Part shown: positions 10,066-22,684 of the stretch, piece by piece
Position numbering within the stretch: the stretch's first letter is position 1
Layout: each line of letters opens with the position of its first letter
Assembly (NCBI GenBank): GCA_040143965.1
Contig: JASJQH010006932.1
Coordinates: 1 to 36,830, forward strand
DNA from: Basidiobolus ranarum
Taxonomy: Eukaryota
DNA: 36,830 nucleotides
Direction of reading: 5' to 3'
The notes under the pieces: model-generated
Told to the model about the DNA's origin: nothing
The model's database searches: none
The model's input: the letters and a program-made list of their open reading frames with translations, nothing else
Program-made: the position numbers and the translations under genes

Positions 10066-13000
10066 TTAACTAGTTCCAAAATGAGCAAATTCTACAAGGA
10101 AATAAATAAAATGAGCTTCCAAATGTTAGAATTCTCTCCAATTCAAATCATACCTGAACCAAGTTCCTCCATAAGATGCCCTACTCGAGTATCGTACCAC
10201 TGAGCAGTCTACAAGAAACCAACGTTAACAACTCATATCATACATTTCTTCCATTTTCTCTAACTACTTACTTTTAATGGTAACTTTGAGTTGGGATTTT
10301 GAGCAAAGTACAACCGTAAAGCACGCTCACATATCCCATTGGCAGCTTTGGTAATACTATGAGTGATAAACTCATCACTGACCTTAAGAAAGAAGTGGAT
10401 GTCGAGAACTAACTGATGAACTCCTGAAAAGCAAATTCTCCGATAAACATCGACACAACAACGAGTTAAATGTCACCACTTACCACCATAACCAAACGCT
10501 CTAGGCTGATGATCAGCATTTTCCCAACACTGGACTAGATAGAAGAAACTAGTTAGTCCTGAAAAGGACAGCAATACATATCGTAGAAGTGACTACTCAC
10601 CGTCATTCATCGTGCGGAAAAACTGATCAATAATACCAGCAATGAGAAGATTTCGATTAACCGGCCATTGAGCTGACTCTAAGGCGATATCGTGCAATTC
10701 TAGAATGAGCTGACAACAGATAATCGCATTACAATGAGATCTTAAGCAAGACTATGTTTAAGTTCAACGTACTTTGATGGTTTGATCGCAAGGAACAGCC
10801 TCCTCTCCAATATCTTCAGACTAAATAAACGATACTTGTAAGTTTGCTATGTCGCAATAAGAGGTAATCATCACAAAAGCAACCTTAGAGTAATCAATAG
10901 CAGCAAAATTGTACGTTGTTTCAACCAGAGTGCGGCAGCGACGTAAACAGTAAATGTCCGTAAGAGTCGATAGATATCCTAATGGCACCAGAAAAGTCAA
11001 CATTAACACAAGTAAAATGGTTCATTCGTCAGTGAATGTGATCTGCTTACCACCCAAACGGTTTCGTAACATCTGTAGCTCAGAAATCGAATTGTGGTAT
11101 AATTCCTATAGACAACACTGTTAATATCGAGATGCGTCGAAGTGGTCTACTTACTACAGCTGAAGCGGACACTTACTGATAAATACTTGACTATTGAAGG
11201 GAGGGTATTTTCAAGGATAAAGGTGGCATCAGCAATGATTCCAAAGGTCTGGCATCCAAATTGGCAGTTAGAATGTATCTTCTCGAATGCACCAATATGT
11301 TATGCAACATTACCTGTCTATCAGTTAGTGTGGAACTTTTGCTGTGAATCATCAAGCTCTTTAAATAGCCCTCGAAGAGCGATACGGTACATCCAATCAC
11401 TTTAGGATAAAGCTGAAAACATGGGTTTAGTATGCTCGAATGGCTCTGGACTAACATCAAATAGAATGCTTACGATTGGATTGTTGATGACTGAAACCTC
11501 CTTTGCAAAATAGAATACAGATTTGTAGAAGTGGAGCGTGCTCGCAGTCAATTTACTGTCTTTGTCTTTGATAGAGTCGCTTTAGCTATCTTGGATCAAG
11601 CGATCAACTGGATGTGTAGAAGGTCTTACCAAGTAAAGAATGTGGATCTTGCGTTGCCAGATCTAAAGAGATCAATTCGAAACTATCCTTTGACAATTCA
11701 CGATTGAACTCTTCAAGATAGCGCTTTTCATAATTGTTTACGGTCTCTACCAAGTTGGGGAGGAAAGTTTTGTCGATCAAGAAGCTCAGATCCACACCGA
11801 CCTCATGCAACTGTAATCAATGCTTCCATTAACCAATGTCTATGAATGAAACACGGCAGGGAGGAGCTACGAACCTTTTTACATTGCTCCGAGGCATAAT
11901 TTAAGCCATCTGCTATTACTTGTAGTGGCTGTTCATTATGGAACATTTGCTTGCGGAAAATCTCTGCATATTTCTCAATCTCTTCTTTGGCCCATTTTAT
12001 GAGAGCTACAATACAGTCAGTACCAACACCACCAGACAACAAACGTAAATGTCTTTACCTGAGCTCATGGATGGGTCTCGGAAGGAAACCATAAACCATT
12101 CACAGGTATTCCTGATTAAGGTAAACACCACCAAGAAAAGCTCTTTTATATAGCGAGTGACGTCTCCCTCAAGCTGTAATTGTCTGAGCAGCATCGCGTA
12201 AGGAATCAGGCAGTGTGAATTTGCATGTTATAAATGAGATCAAACCTTGTCCGGTGACGGATAGTGGAACTTCGCCCACCAAGGAAAGCCTCCTTTGCCT
12301 ACAAATATACCGGAAATACTGTTCAAACACGGTTCGTCTTGGATTCATGAATGAAATTCAACCTACTTTATCGGGGCAACCTAATCTCAATAGCCAGTTG
12401 ACATTCGCGCAGTTCTGAGACTTGGTAAGCATAGGGTTCATCATATCACGAGAAATAACCAACACGAGATTATTCACTCGATCCTCGATCCTTTTGTTGA
12501 CCGCTTTCATCTGAGTGCTTTCGGCAGTACATAGTCGGAGGATTTTTCTGGCTAATTGCAATAAGGCACTTGTTAACACAGAGAAATGAAGCCTTGACAG
12601 AATCAAATAAAGAAGAACAATCTCTAAACCTTGTTCGGAACAGTTGACAGCTTGCTCGAATTCACGCTGCGCAATGTGCACCTCTAACTCATCCGAAAGA
12701 TCAGCAATCCGCTTCATTTCAGCTTTTGAAAGCTCTCGTTTACCCGGGCCAATGGTTCCCAATGGTTTTTTTGGAGATGCTGTATGTGTACATAGATTTA
12801 TATATGAGAAATCTCACGTTATCAGCCATTGCATTTCTGTTTACCTGAACTTTCTTTGGCCATTTCGATTTTTAATTCTTCGACGGTACGCTTCAGTTTC
12901 TTCAAGAAATTTCTCTTCATATCAGGGGTATCACTACAAAATATAAAAGACTCTGGAGGTCTAATCACTTTGAAAGCATTCTTCAACTCTACACAAGGAA

Positions 13001-14142
13001 TGAGTGGATAGTTAGAACGTGGTCATCGTCGGCAAAGTTTTAACTCAACTTACTCGAAACATCACGAATGTCCGTTACTGCAATCTCACACAACTTCCAA
13101 CACGTTTGAGCAACAAGACGAGTTTTCGATGCTTGAACACCTTCCTTCTGAGCACCAATCAATAGAACATCGCTGAACAAGAACAGATTGACATTCTGCT
13201 TATGTCTGAGCGTGCCTGCTTGTAACTCCTTGATTCCGGGGCATTCAAGAACAAGTGCTCGAGAAGGGTGATGCGGAAGAAGTTTCTAATTGAAGTAGTA
13301 TTCAACGTTATTACTATGATGACCCAACGATTATTCTACAAAACCGCACCTCTGATCCTTCAACATTTCTCCAAATTGCTGCTATTTGAGCTTTCCAAAC
13401 GTCGGTATTCCCATTCTCGAGATACTTACTATCCAGCGAGTTTCTAGTTCTACCGTCTGCACCTAAAAGAGAAGAATCGGTATTAAAAAAACATCCCAGT
13501 AAAGAAGTATATGTGCTAAACAAAAGAGATGAAACAACACTAAATAAAATATCTAGTTTAACGTACCTTCCCCATCAGCTCGGTTGCCTTCAATTAGCAT
13601 GTCAGTAGTATTTCTTATATCAGTAAGTCTGTCCTTTAAGGTCAGCATGTCCGATTCAAGTTGAGAGATTTCCTTGGAAATGATCACAAACTCGTTGTAA
13701 TTTTGATAGACATTGTCTTTTAAATTACGAGAGCTAAGTTCTTTTGCTTCCTGTAAGGACCGGTAGAAACCTCTCAATGACTCTTCGTTAACGTTCAATA
13801 AGGTTTCGTTGATGTCTAAGGTAAGAAATAATCCAAATTAACTTTTAGAACCTTAATAATCTCTTCATCTTTTGAGATTTGAAGGTAACCCATGAATAAA
13901 AGTAGAAAGGTGAAAAGGAAATACTTACATGTCTCGGCTTCAAAATTGTTCAATAGAAATTTATCAACATCTATCCCCGGGACCTCGACAGAAATGCCAG
14001 AATCATGATGTCCTCGTATTATTGTTTTGGACCGCATCGGTGGGTGGTGTCCATTTGATTTGAAATCGGAAGTAATCTCATGAGCAGCACGGATGTTGCG
14101 TTTGTCTCTTTTGATTTTGATGGGTTTATTGGGTTGAGACAT
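10066..14142 (-). CDS. EXO84: Exocyst complex component Exo84/EXOC8, many exons
   Basis: Vps51-like N-terminus NLKDNVYQNYNEFVIISKEISQLESDM. A PH-like segment VNLFLFSDVLLIG. C-terminal motifs DELEVHIAQREFEQAV and LQLEGDVTRYIKELFLVVFTLIRNTCEWF. Confidence 0.85.
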
Positions 14143-14511
14143 GAAGTACAAATATACTGGCTACGTGAGCAGCAACGACGGTTCGTAATTGAAGTGAAAA
14201 TAAATACAAGCTACTTTTACTCCTAGCAAAATTTGGTTGGGTGTAGTAAACTACCCGGACTTGTGACTGATAATACGACTTCCAAGAGTTTGGTTTCTAA
14301 CGCAATGATATTTTCGAATGATACGGATTTATGCTGACTTGAATCTGATCTGGGCAATGGATATTGTTGTGACTACTAGTCATTAAGTTCAGCTACTATT
14401 GCTGATTCATTGTTCTGATCTTATTTTAAGGGTGATTGGTATAAATGGGATTTTGATGGCATATATATATGAATTGTCAATTGGAACCAGCCTAACCGAG
14501 GTGACTTCAAA

Positions 14512-15431
14512 ATGGTAGGTTCCTTTACAAGGACAACTTGTTACTACTACAACCCTCAATGTACTTTCTATTCTAAACGTCATTTACTCCTTTTTGTAAA
14601 TAGTCTGTTACTTTGCACACGGATTTAGGCGATCTCAAGATCGAAGTTTTTTGCGAGGCAGTTCCAAAGACTGCTGAGGTACGAACCAGACCGTTATAAA
14701 TATACCGTATCAACCAATACTCACTCATTTCTTAACCTACTGGTTCAATTTGGGTATAACCTTTATAGAACTTTCTTGCTCTATGTGCTAGTGGGTATTA
14801 TGATAATAACCTCTTTCATAGAAATATTAAAGGCTTCATGCTTCAGGTAATTTCGGCATATCACCATAAAATAGATTGAGCTCCTTTACTTAAATCCTTA
14901 CTTTATATAGACTGGTGATCCAACAGGTTCGTTTCATATATAAGTACGCCGGATGTTTAGTAGAGATTCTTAACTAAGAATTTACAGGTACTGGTAAAGG
15001 AGGAAATTCTATTTGGGGTACAAAATTTAGCGATGAAATTCGGAGTACACTAAAGGTACACTCAAGCGTAGAACCTATATCTCATAGTTGTAGTATGAAC
15101 TCATCTCTTTCATTAGCACAATACACGTGGAATCCTCAGCATGGCCAATTCAGGGCCCGATACCAATGGATCCCAGTTCTTTATCACATATGGTAAACAA
15201 CCTCACTTGGACACTAAATACACTGTGTTTGGAAAGTAAGTATAAAGTCACTGATTATGTGTTTAAAACCTTAGTTTCTAATTGTTTTGTGGTACCGAAA
15301 ATAGAGTTATCGATGGTGCTGATACTACCTTGGATGCTATAGAAAAGGTTACCGTGGATGAGAAGAATAGACCAATTCAAGATATTCGTATCCGTTCAGT
15401 GACCATCCATGCCAATCCACTTGCTGAGTAA
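14512..15431 (+). CDS. PPIL3: Peptidyl-prolyl isomerase-like 3 (cyclophilin PPIL3/Cyp10), 7 exons including an ATG-only exon and a 16-nt exon
   Basis: Spliced protein: [37 protein letters not shown]...[22 protein letters not shown]...[18 protein letters not shown]...[10 protein letters not shown]. Confidence 0.95.
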
Positions 15432-15719
15432 CCCAGGTTACCCTGCCCTATCCTCGCCATCCCTCCCCCCTCCGCTCCCCTCATGGGCATCGACATGAAT
15501 AATTAGAAGCCATTAGAAAAATTTTGTACGATAAAATAAGATTCATATGTTCGTGTATCTCAAGGTATCAAAATAAAATATTCATTAGATTAGCGATCTA
15601 TGAACTTTTGATGGATCGAAATTTCTGAAGCTCCACAATGATACTTTTTTTTTCTTCCATTATTTACCTACTTTCGACTATAGTGATTTAGCCCTTTCCT
15701 TGCCAAGGTTACATACAAA

Positions 15720-16915
15720 ATGCCTAACCAAGAAGAGCTTCAAACTGAACTTAAGAAATTGGTCGACTACGCCATTAGTCTTTCCAATAACTTATTCATT
15801 GACTATGAAAATACCCTCAACAAAGAAGAGCTAGAAAACCCAGCTAGATATACCTCTCCAACCGTTTTAGGTAATACAAAGCACAAGAAGTTCTTTTTAT
15901 TTTTGGAATTCTCGTCACAATAACACCTTTCAAAAAAACTTTACAGTCACTAAATCAGATAAACTTTTCTTACCAAATAATAGAGTCTCTTGGAAAAATC
16001 CTTGCTCATGACGCCACTAAACTTAGTCTAGCTTGTAAACCACCAGTAGATGACGTCGCACCTGGTATAAAAATGTGCCAAACTATAGCGGAAAACGCAG
16101 CAAAATTACTTGCTCATGCTTCTCAACCTATCCTTGAGACAACAACCGAGAAAGAAATCCCTTTTGAAGGTTTAGGTGGAAAAACTCTTGCCTCTGAGGT
16201 TCAAGGAGTTGTACATAAAGTTCTCTCCTCCATCGCCTCCCTTGCCAACTCTTTCCTTGATATACCAGTGGAATTAGAGGCTGAAGCCTCACAACATGGT
16301 TTCTTGGTCTCTTCTGGAAAATTATGGGAATCTTGTGACGCTATTAAAACACTCTCACACGATAACCGGTCTGCGGTGAAAAAACGTTGGATGGAATTGG
16401 AAGAACTTTTGGAAGATGTTACTAACGAATTCTCCGAAATGATCTCACAAACTGACGAGGAAGAAAAGAACGAAGATGAAGATGAGGAGGAATTCGATGA
16501 TGGTTGGGGAGAGATTTTAGGTGATGTAAAACTTAGTAAAGTGGAGAAACAAATGGCACAAAATTTTCACTCCTTGCTACCACCCACACGTCTTCTTTAT
16601 CGTAAAATTTTGAAACGTGGAATCGAAGAGTGTCCTCTTAAAACTCATGAGCAAGTCACTTGGTTAGATAATTTATTGGAAATAGGAAAATCTACTATGG
16701 AACATGCTGATGAAATCGGAAGTGCTCTTTGGGAACATCAGCCAGAACAATCCATCATCTCTAAAATATCGGATTTTAATGGGAAGATTAATGAGTTAAT
16801 CAATATTGCTACCATGTATAATGAATCTGAAGAACATACAGAGTGGTATAGCAAACTTTCCGAAAAGTACAGCAAAACCTTTGAAACTGTGTTGAACTTT
16901 AACTCACCACGCTGA
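15720..16915 (+). CDS. GCIP/CCNDBP1 (Grap2 and cyclin-D-interacting)-like protein; intron 15871-15983
   Basis: LAHDATKLSLACKPP, SSGKLWESCDAI...DNRSAV...LLEDVTNE, an acidic tract and DEIGSALW match the GCIP family pattern. Confidence 0.7.
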
Positions 16916-17272
16916 TTTCGTCCCTTGCTATCGTAACATCTAGACCGTTGTCCCTTTGTTCTATATCCTTAATAGACAAAGCTCATGTATAATCAGAGTC
17001 TTTCGACCGTTGTTAGGCTTGTAATAAATTCTTACTAAACTCGATCAAGCACCGCACCATGTTAGAAGTACTGTTGACGTGCAACTCCTTGAATCACATG
17101 TGTTTATTGATTTAGAATGCGATAAATGTATTAGATGGTATCTGCTACAGACTTCATCGATAATATTATAGAGGGAGCGAAGGTACTAGAGAATTAATGA
17201 TTTATATATCTAAACTCTTCGTCAACTTGGAGTAGAGAGAAGAGTATATCATAAGGAACGTTAAGGGGGGAT

Positions 17273-18592
17273 TTATTCCTCCATTTCATCGTCACTACCG
17301 AATTCGATATCACCATCGACAATCTCTTCCTCCTCTTCAACACTAGGTCCTACTACACCAATAATCACTTGCAACAATTCTTGACAATGCTGCAAAATGC
17401 CTTCATCTTCACTCTGCAATTTATGGTAGTACTAAATACAAGATCATTCAATCGCTACTTTAGTATCCACTTGAAAAAAATACTCCCATACTGTGATAAA
17501 CCATACCTTGATCGCACTTTCTAAACATTCACGAGCATCTTCCCAATTTCCAACCTTCTCTTCGTCACTCTTATCTTCACCCAGAAGATAGTAGGCCCAG
17601 CCGTAAAGATACCAAAGTTCAACGACCTCATCATCTTCCTTTTGAAGACCTTCGAGAACATTAAGAGCTCCTTCGAAGAGTCCCATTTCCATCAAGAGCT
17701 TGACCAAACCAATTCTGGCATCATAATTGGGAATACCAGGATGTCCTATAGGTAGAAACCGATATGTTTAACGCCAGAATAATCATAGCATGATGTGTAA
17801 GCAAATTCTAACCAGGCTCAAGCTTAATCCATAAAGACATGCTTTTTTCCACTGCCTCCTTGGCCTCATCATTTCTCTGTTGACTTAAACGGATGGAAGC
17901 AAGTGTTTGATATACTTCTGGATTACTGGGGTCAACGGTAATAGCACTACTGACAAATGTCTCACACTGAGATTCAGCATTAGGTTCGAAACTAAAAGAT
18001 AAAATGAATTTCTTTAGATTTCTACTCATCCAATCAAAAGAATAAACTTAATACTTACCAACAATCAGTTAAATAGATCTCAGCCATAGAGCATAAAGCA
18101 GAAGAAATTCTTCTTGCTAACTCTAAAGCCTCAGGGGAATTTTCTTGAAGGGTTTTCAATTCCTCACCCATGAGTTCAACACCTCGTGAGAAAAATCCAA
18201 TGGACTCGAGCTCATGAGAGAGTTGACCAAGATACATATATTTGGAATAACCTTGATCGGGACTTAAAGAAACCGCTTTAAGGAGGTGCTATGATACAGA
18301 TTATGTGAGTATTCTATTTTTTGGAAACAATTCCCCACTGTTCTTGTTAAAGAATAGTTGAAAAAGAAAAATAAACTCTGAACACTCTTACCTCTCTAGC
18401 AGATTCAAAATTACCAAGTTCTAGTTCAACTACACCGGTCATTTCCAAGGCATCTAGATTGTTGGAGTCTTTTTCTAAAGCTTGATTACAGAGATTATAC
18501 GCAACGTCATAATCACACGATTCCATGTGATTAGAGGCTAACTTTAGAAGCTCAGCGATAGCCGAATTTGTTGGGATTTGCTCGGTAGTCAT
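17273..18592 (-). CDS. ACL4: TPR protein, assembly chaperone of Rpl4 (Acl4-like)
   Basis: KYMYLGQL, SALCSMAEIYLTDC-CFEPNAESQCE, PEVYQTLASIRLSQQR, DDEVVELWYLYGW, and an acidic C-terminus. Confidence 0.85.
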
Positions 18593-19067
18593 GGTTTAAT
18601 ATATTCTACTGCTCTATATGAGAATCTACGTTTTTGTACTTCTTGGTGTGTGAGCACTTTCTAAGAAAACAAAAGAGCTTTTTTTTGGGTAAAGAAAAAG
18701 AAAACTACTCTAAAAATATGGGTTGGACAACGATATTATAACAGTCGTTTTTTCGAAATGTTTTAATATTCTTAATTAATGATTCTTTTTTTTTATCCCG
18801 TCGATAAGATATTAATTTACTAATGACATCTTCGAGTGAACTGTGCTTACTTTATGTGACAATAAGTTACGCAAATAATTCTTATGTTGCCTAGGAAAAC
18901 CTAACACTAAATACCAACTGTCGATCAAGAATGATTTGCCTTATATTATTTACTACTGTATGTATATTTTCAAATTTTGCATTTATTACTCCATTAAATT
19001 AATGTACACAGTGGGTAATTTGTTCAACTATTTATTTATGCTAAATAACCAAGAAGCAGGATATAAC

Positions 19068-20512
19068 CTAGTTCATTTGTCTGATCAAAGCGTTGATCTT
19101 GGTTTCACGATCACCACAGTCACCACCTTCAATGAAGTGGACAGCCTTCTTGCCGGACCAACCACCAGTAGGGTTGGAGAGTTTGAAAGGCCACAAGAAG
19201 TTGTTAACTTGCTTGAAGTTAGGACCACAGGTGTAGATTTCATGGACGAGATCTTCAATGCAGATGATTCCGTACTTGGCAAGGTTCTCCTCAATGATGG
19301 CGTTATCAGTCAAGGCAATTCTTTGTCTGTTGACCTTACCGTGTCCACGCTTGTAGATCAATTCGCGGACAGACTTGAGGTTGGGTTGACCGAAAGCGAT
19401 GTAAGGGCTGACAATTTGGAGCATCTCCTTGGTAGCCTTGGTCAAACGAACAAAGACACCGTTGTTGATCTGGAGAAGACGCAACAATTGGAGGATCTTA
19501 CGGGGCTTGGGGGCAATCTTGTTGATACCCTTGGTACGGATGACAAAGGCAACCTTAGCTTGAGCAGGAATGTAGAAGTTTCCGTTGATCTTGGCTTGAC
19601 GCTTAAGGGCTACCTCCTTCTTCTCAGCTTGTTGGTATTCACGGGCATAGTCAGCAGCCTTCTTGAAGATGACTTGACGCTTTTGTCTTTGGATCTGAAG
19701 AATGAATATGTTAGCAAGATTACATGGTAATTGGAGAAATCGATGATTTCAAAATGAAGCGCGTATCAGTCCCGAAAGATGGTTGACGAAAACAACATCG
19801 CCTTTAGGCTAGTTATTCAAGGTTTATGTCATCACTAGCGCATTAATGTATGGATGGATTCAATGAAATGGATTATACCTATGGAAGAATCTGGTGAGTG
19901 ACGAATCAAATGAATAAAATGATAGCAGATTGAGGAATTATCAGCCCCGAAAGATGGTATAAGATAACAGCATTGCTATGCGCTAGTTGCTCGGTTGTGT
20001 TTACATCACTATATTCCTCAATCTGTTTCTATTGGATGGATATTTACCTTCTTCTTTTCGGCAAGAGAGAGAACCTTGGCGGTAGAGGCCTTCTTGTCGG
20101 CGTTTCTCTTCTTCAAGAGAGACTCGGGGACAAGAATTTGCTCAACAGTAGCGGTAGTACTAAAAGGAAGTATCGTACGATGATTTAATGAATATGTATC
20201 CTTAACAACGTCGGATTACCCAAGATAGGATGATTCCGCCCGACGTATTATTTTAATCGAAGAGAAGTCCAATCCAATGAATCGCACTTCTCAGCGACAA
20301 ATCCTGATGCCTTCTGTTAATGCTAACAAGGGCTTCAGATTATAGCTAGCACATCCGAAGATGACAGCCACTGTATGGTTTTCAGAAGAAGAGGACAGAC
20401 ATCCCCTACTTCCAAGTCCTCATGTCATAAACTAATGATTGAGACGTAGGGTACGATCCCTTCCCCAGGGTAGTTGATTGAAAATGAAAATATTGAATAC
20501 TTACGCAGACAT
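19068..20512 (-). CDS. RPL7: 60S ribosomal protein L7 (uL30); exons 20512-20505, 20159-20048, 19694-19068
   Basis: [52 protein letters not shown], with strong codon bias. Confidence 0.98.
19759..19841 (-). ncRNA. Intronic box C/D snoRNA, snR39B/SNORD2-like (copy B)
   Basis: Minus strand: box C GTGATGA (19835-19829), guide ACCATCTTTCGGG complementary to LSU rRNA CCCGAAAGAUGGU, box D CTGA (19769-19766), and a GCGC terminal stem. Confidence 0.88.
19926..20025 (-). ncRNA. Intronic box C/D snoRNA, snR39B/SNORD2-like (copy A)
   Basis: Perfect 13-bp terminal stem CAGATTGAGGAAT/ATTCCTCAATCTG, box C variant GTGATGT (20009-20003), the same 13-nt LSU guide, and box D CTGA (19944-19941). Confidence 0.85.
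20166..20464 (-). ncRNA. Candidate structured RNA element filling RPL7 intron 1
   Basis: Long-range closing stem plus at least four internal hairpins, one capped by a C(UUCG)G tetraloop in the transcribed orientation. Confidence 0.5.
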
Positions 20513-20829
20513 ATCTGTATTCCGTTGATTGTGAGGGAATGAAGGGACGAAGAGGATGTTTAATGGAGTCAAGGAACCTATTTTAAACTGACCAAATCCA
20601 AGAAAAAAAACTAATTAACCAATCAGATGATCTATTTTACCGAGGGGGACAACTCTCTCCCTGGTCTTTTATATAGTAATCGTTCAATGCTCATCCTATG
20701 ATTATAGATTTGTACATTAAATAAATATATATTTTGGAATGGTGTATACTAGAATTGCTTTAGCTAGAAAACCACCATTTAAATTTAGGTTCATGAGAAG
20801 GCCGACAACTAGGTTTTTTGGTCAACAAA

Positions 20830-22453
20830 ATGTCTGAAGTACCACAGTGCGAATCCCTATTTCATTTAGATACAGAGTATAGCGCAGACTCGATAGAAAG
20901 TTGTCCGATATCTGGATTCTCCGAATACTTTGTTTGTGGCACTTACCAGTTAAAAAACCCAGAGGTAAATGCAGAAGACAACGAGAAAAAAGAAATCGAT
21001 GAAGAGGATGAAGAAGAGAAAACCGACAAACCTATGAAACGTGTCGGGAGACTTTTATCTTATCAAATTCAAGACGACGAGAGTCCTAGAGCGTAATTTC
21101 CTTGTTCACCTTTACGTTCTAATAGATTTATTTTAAAATTAAATTTCTTTGGAACTTAACAGAGTAGAAAAGCATCGCATAGAAACTGCTGCCATTCTAG
21201 ACTTGAAATGGTAGTATGAATCGACTCAATGATAACCCTCTTTTTTGTCACTGAGCCCTTTTTTTATTAATAGGTGTCACCATCCAATTGACGGTTCGCC
21301 AGTATTAGGTCAAGTAGATTCAGTTGGGGGCGTCAGCTTATACACTCTAAATAAGGACGGGGAGTTATCTTTGAAGACGACTCACTCCACAAATGACGAA
21401 GGGATTTTAAGTCTATCTTTGGATTGGTCGAACCGTGTCTCCGGAAAGTAAATATAATTGATGCTTCTTATTAGCAGTGAATACAGTTATTGACTTTTAT
21501 CTTTGAAAACACATCAGTGCTCCTCAAATAGTGGTTAGTCAAAGTGATGGTCAGATCATTTTATTCGACCTTGGTGACGGTGGTGAATTTCGCGTTGTAG
21601 ATCAGTGGCAAGGACATGACTTGGAAGCATGGATCGCTGGATTTGATTATTGGAATACCAACACTATATTTACCGGTAATGATTCTCATGCTTATGATGA
21701 CAGGTCTAGTGGGAGAAGAATACTCAAAGTATGTTAATATAGGGGCTGACGATTGTAAATTTAAAATTTGGGATGCAAGACTTGGCTTCACAACACCAAC
21801 AATGACCAGTAAAATGTAAACCAATATATCTGATAGCTGTAAGAAGTATACATTCCTTACAATTGATTTATATCTAGTCACCAGGCAGGTGTTTGCAGCG
21901 TACAATCCAATCCACACCAGGAACATCTATTGGCGACTGGAAGGTAGTAACTTGAAGATCAATTTCCCTTAGATATGCTCACATATATGTTGTCAACAGC
22001 TACGATGAGAATGTATATATTTGGGATACACGCTCTATGCGCCGTCCTCTTCAGGATGTTCACGTCGGTGGTGGTGTCTGGAGACTCAAGTGGCATCCAA
22101 CTGAAGCTAATACATTATTGGCTGGATGCATGCACAACGGTTTCCATATCTTAGATGTTGATGGCTTTGAGTCGGGTGTGTTTTGTAGTTGAAAGTTTTA
22201 CTATTCTATGCATGTTTTAATATATTCTTAATTCTTAGGAGACTTGGACTCTAAGGTAACATGCAGCTTCATGGCCCATGAATCATTGGCTTATGGCTGT
22301 GACTGGTCTTACCAGCCCAATTCGAATCTCGTAGCCAGTTGTTCATTCTACGATCATATGTTACATCTCTGGTAGTATTATTATGTGAACCGAATTGTTG
22401 AATTTGAGTTGTGACTAAAAGTGTATATATTGAATAGGAATCGTGCCAATTAG
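20830..22453 (+). CDS. DPH7: Diphthine methyl-ester esterase, WD40 protein (Dph7/WDR85/Rrt2), many exons
   Basis: [83 protein letters not shown]. Confidence 0.93.
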
Positions 22454-22684
22454 CTCTGACATCGATAAGGTGCCCTTTATCGAGTGTGCAGTAATAGCAC
22501 TTCTAGACATGTTACCCTAGATCTCATGCATTATTAACTGTTTCCAAATGCAAAGCAACGGTGTAGATGTTCATGAAACATATAATAAAGAATAGATGGT
22601 AATAATCAATAGTATATTTACTAATACGTAGAGTATTTATTTCGATCGACTTCAAGGATTAAATAAAAACACAACGTATTCAAT

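Noticed and set aside
18936-19730. 264-aa plus-strand ORF
   Set aside because: Antisense shadow of codon-biased RPL7; no independent protein features
20196-20206. GTATCCTTAAC resembling U12-type splice signals
   Set aside because: It lies antisense to RPL7, with no plus-strand gene to use it
20320-20400. AAGGGCTTC resembling the U11 snRNA 5' end (plus strand) and AAACCAT resembling the snR30/U17 m2 motif (minus strand)
   Set aside because: No Sm site or U11 fold follows, and the partner m1 motif AUAUUCCUA is absent
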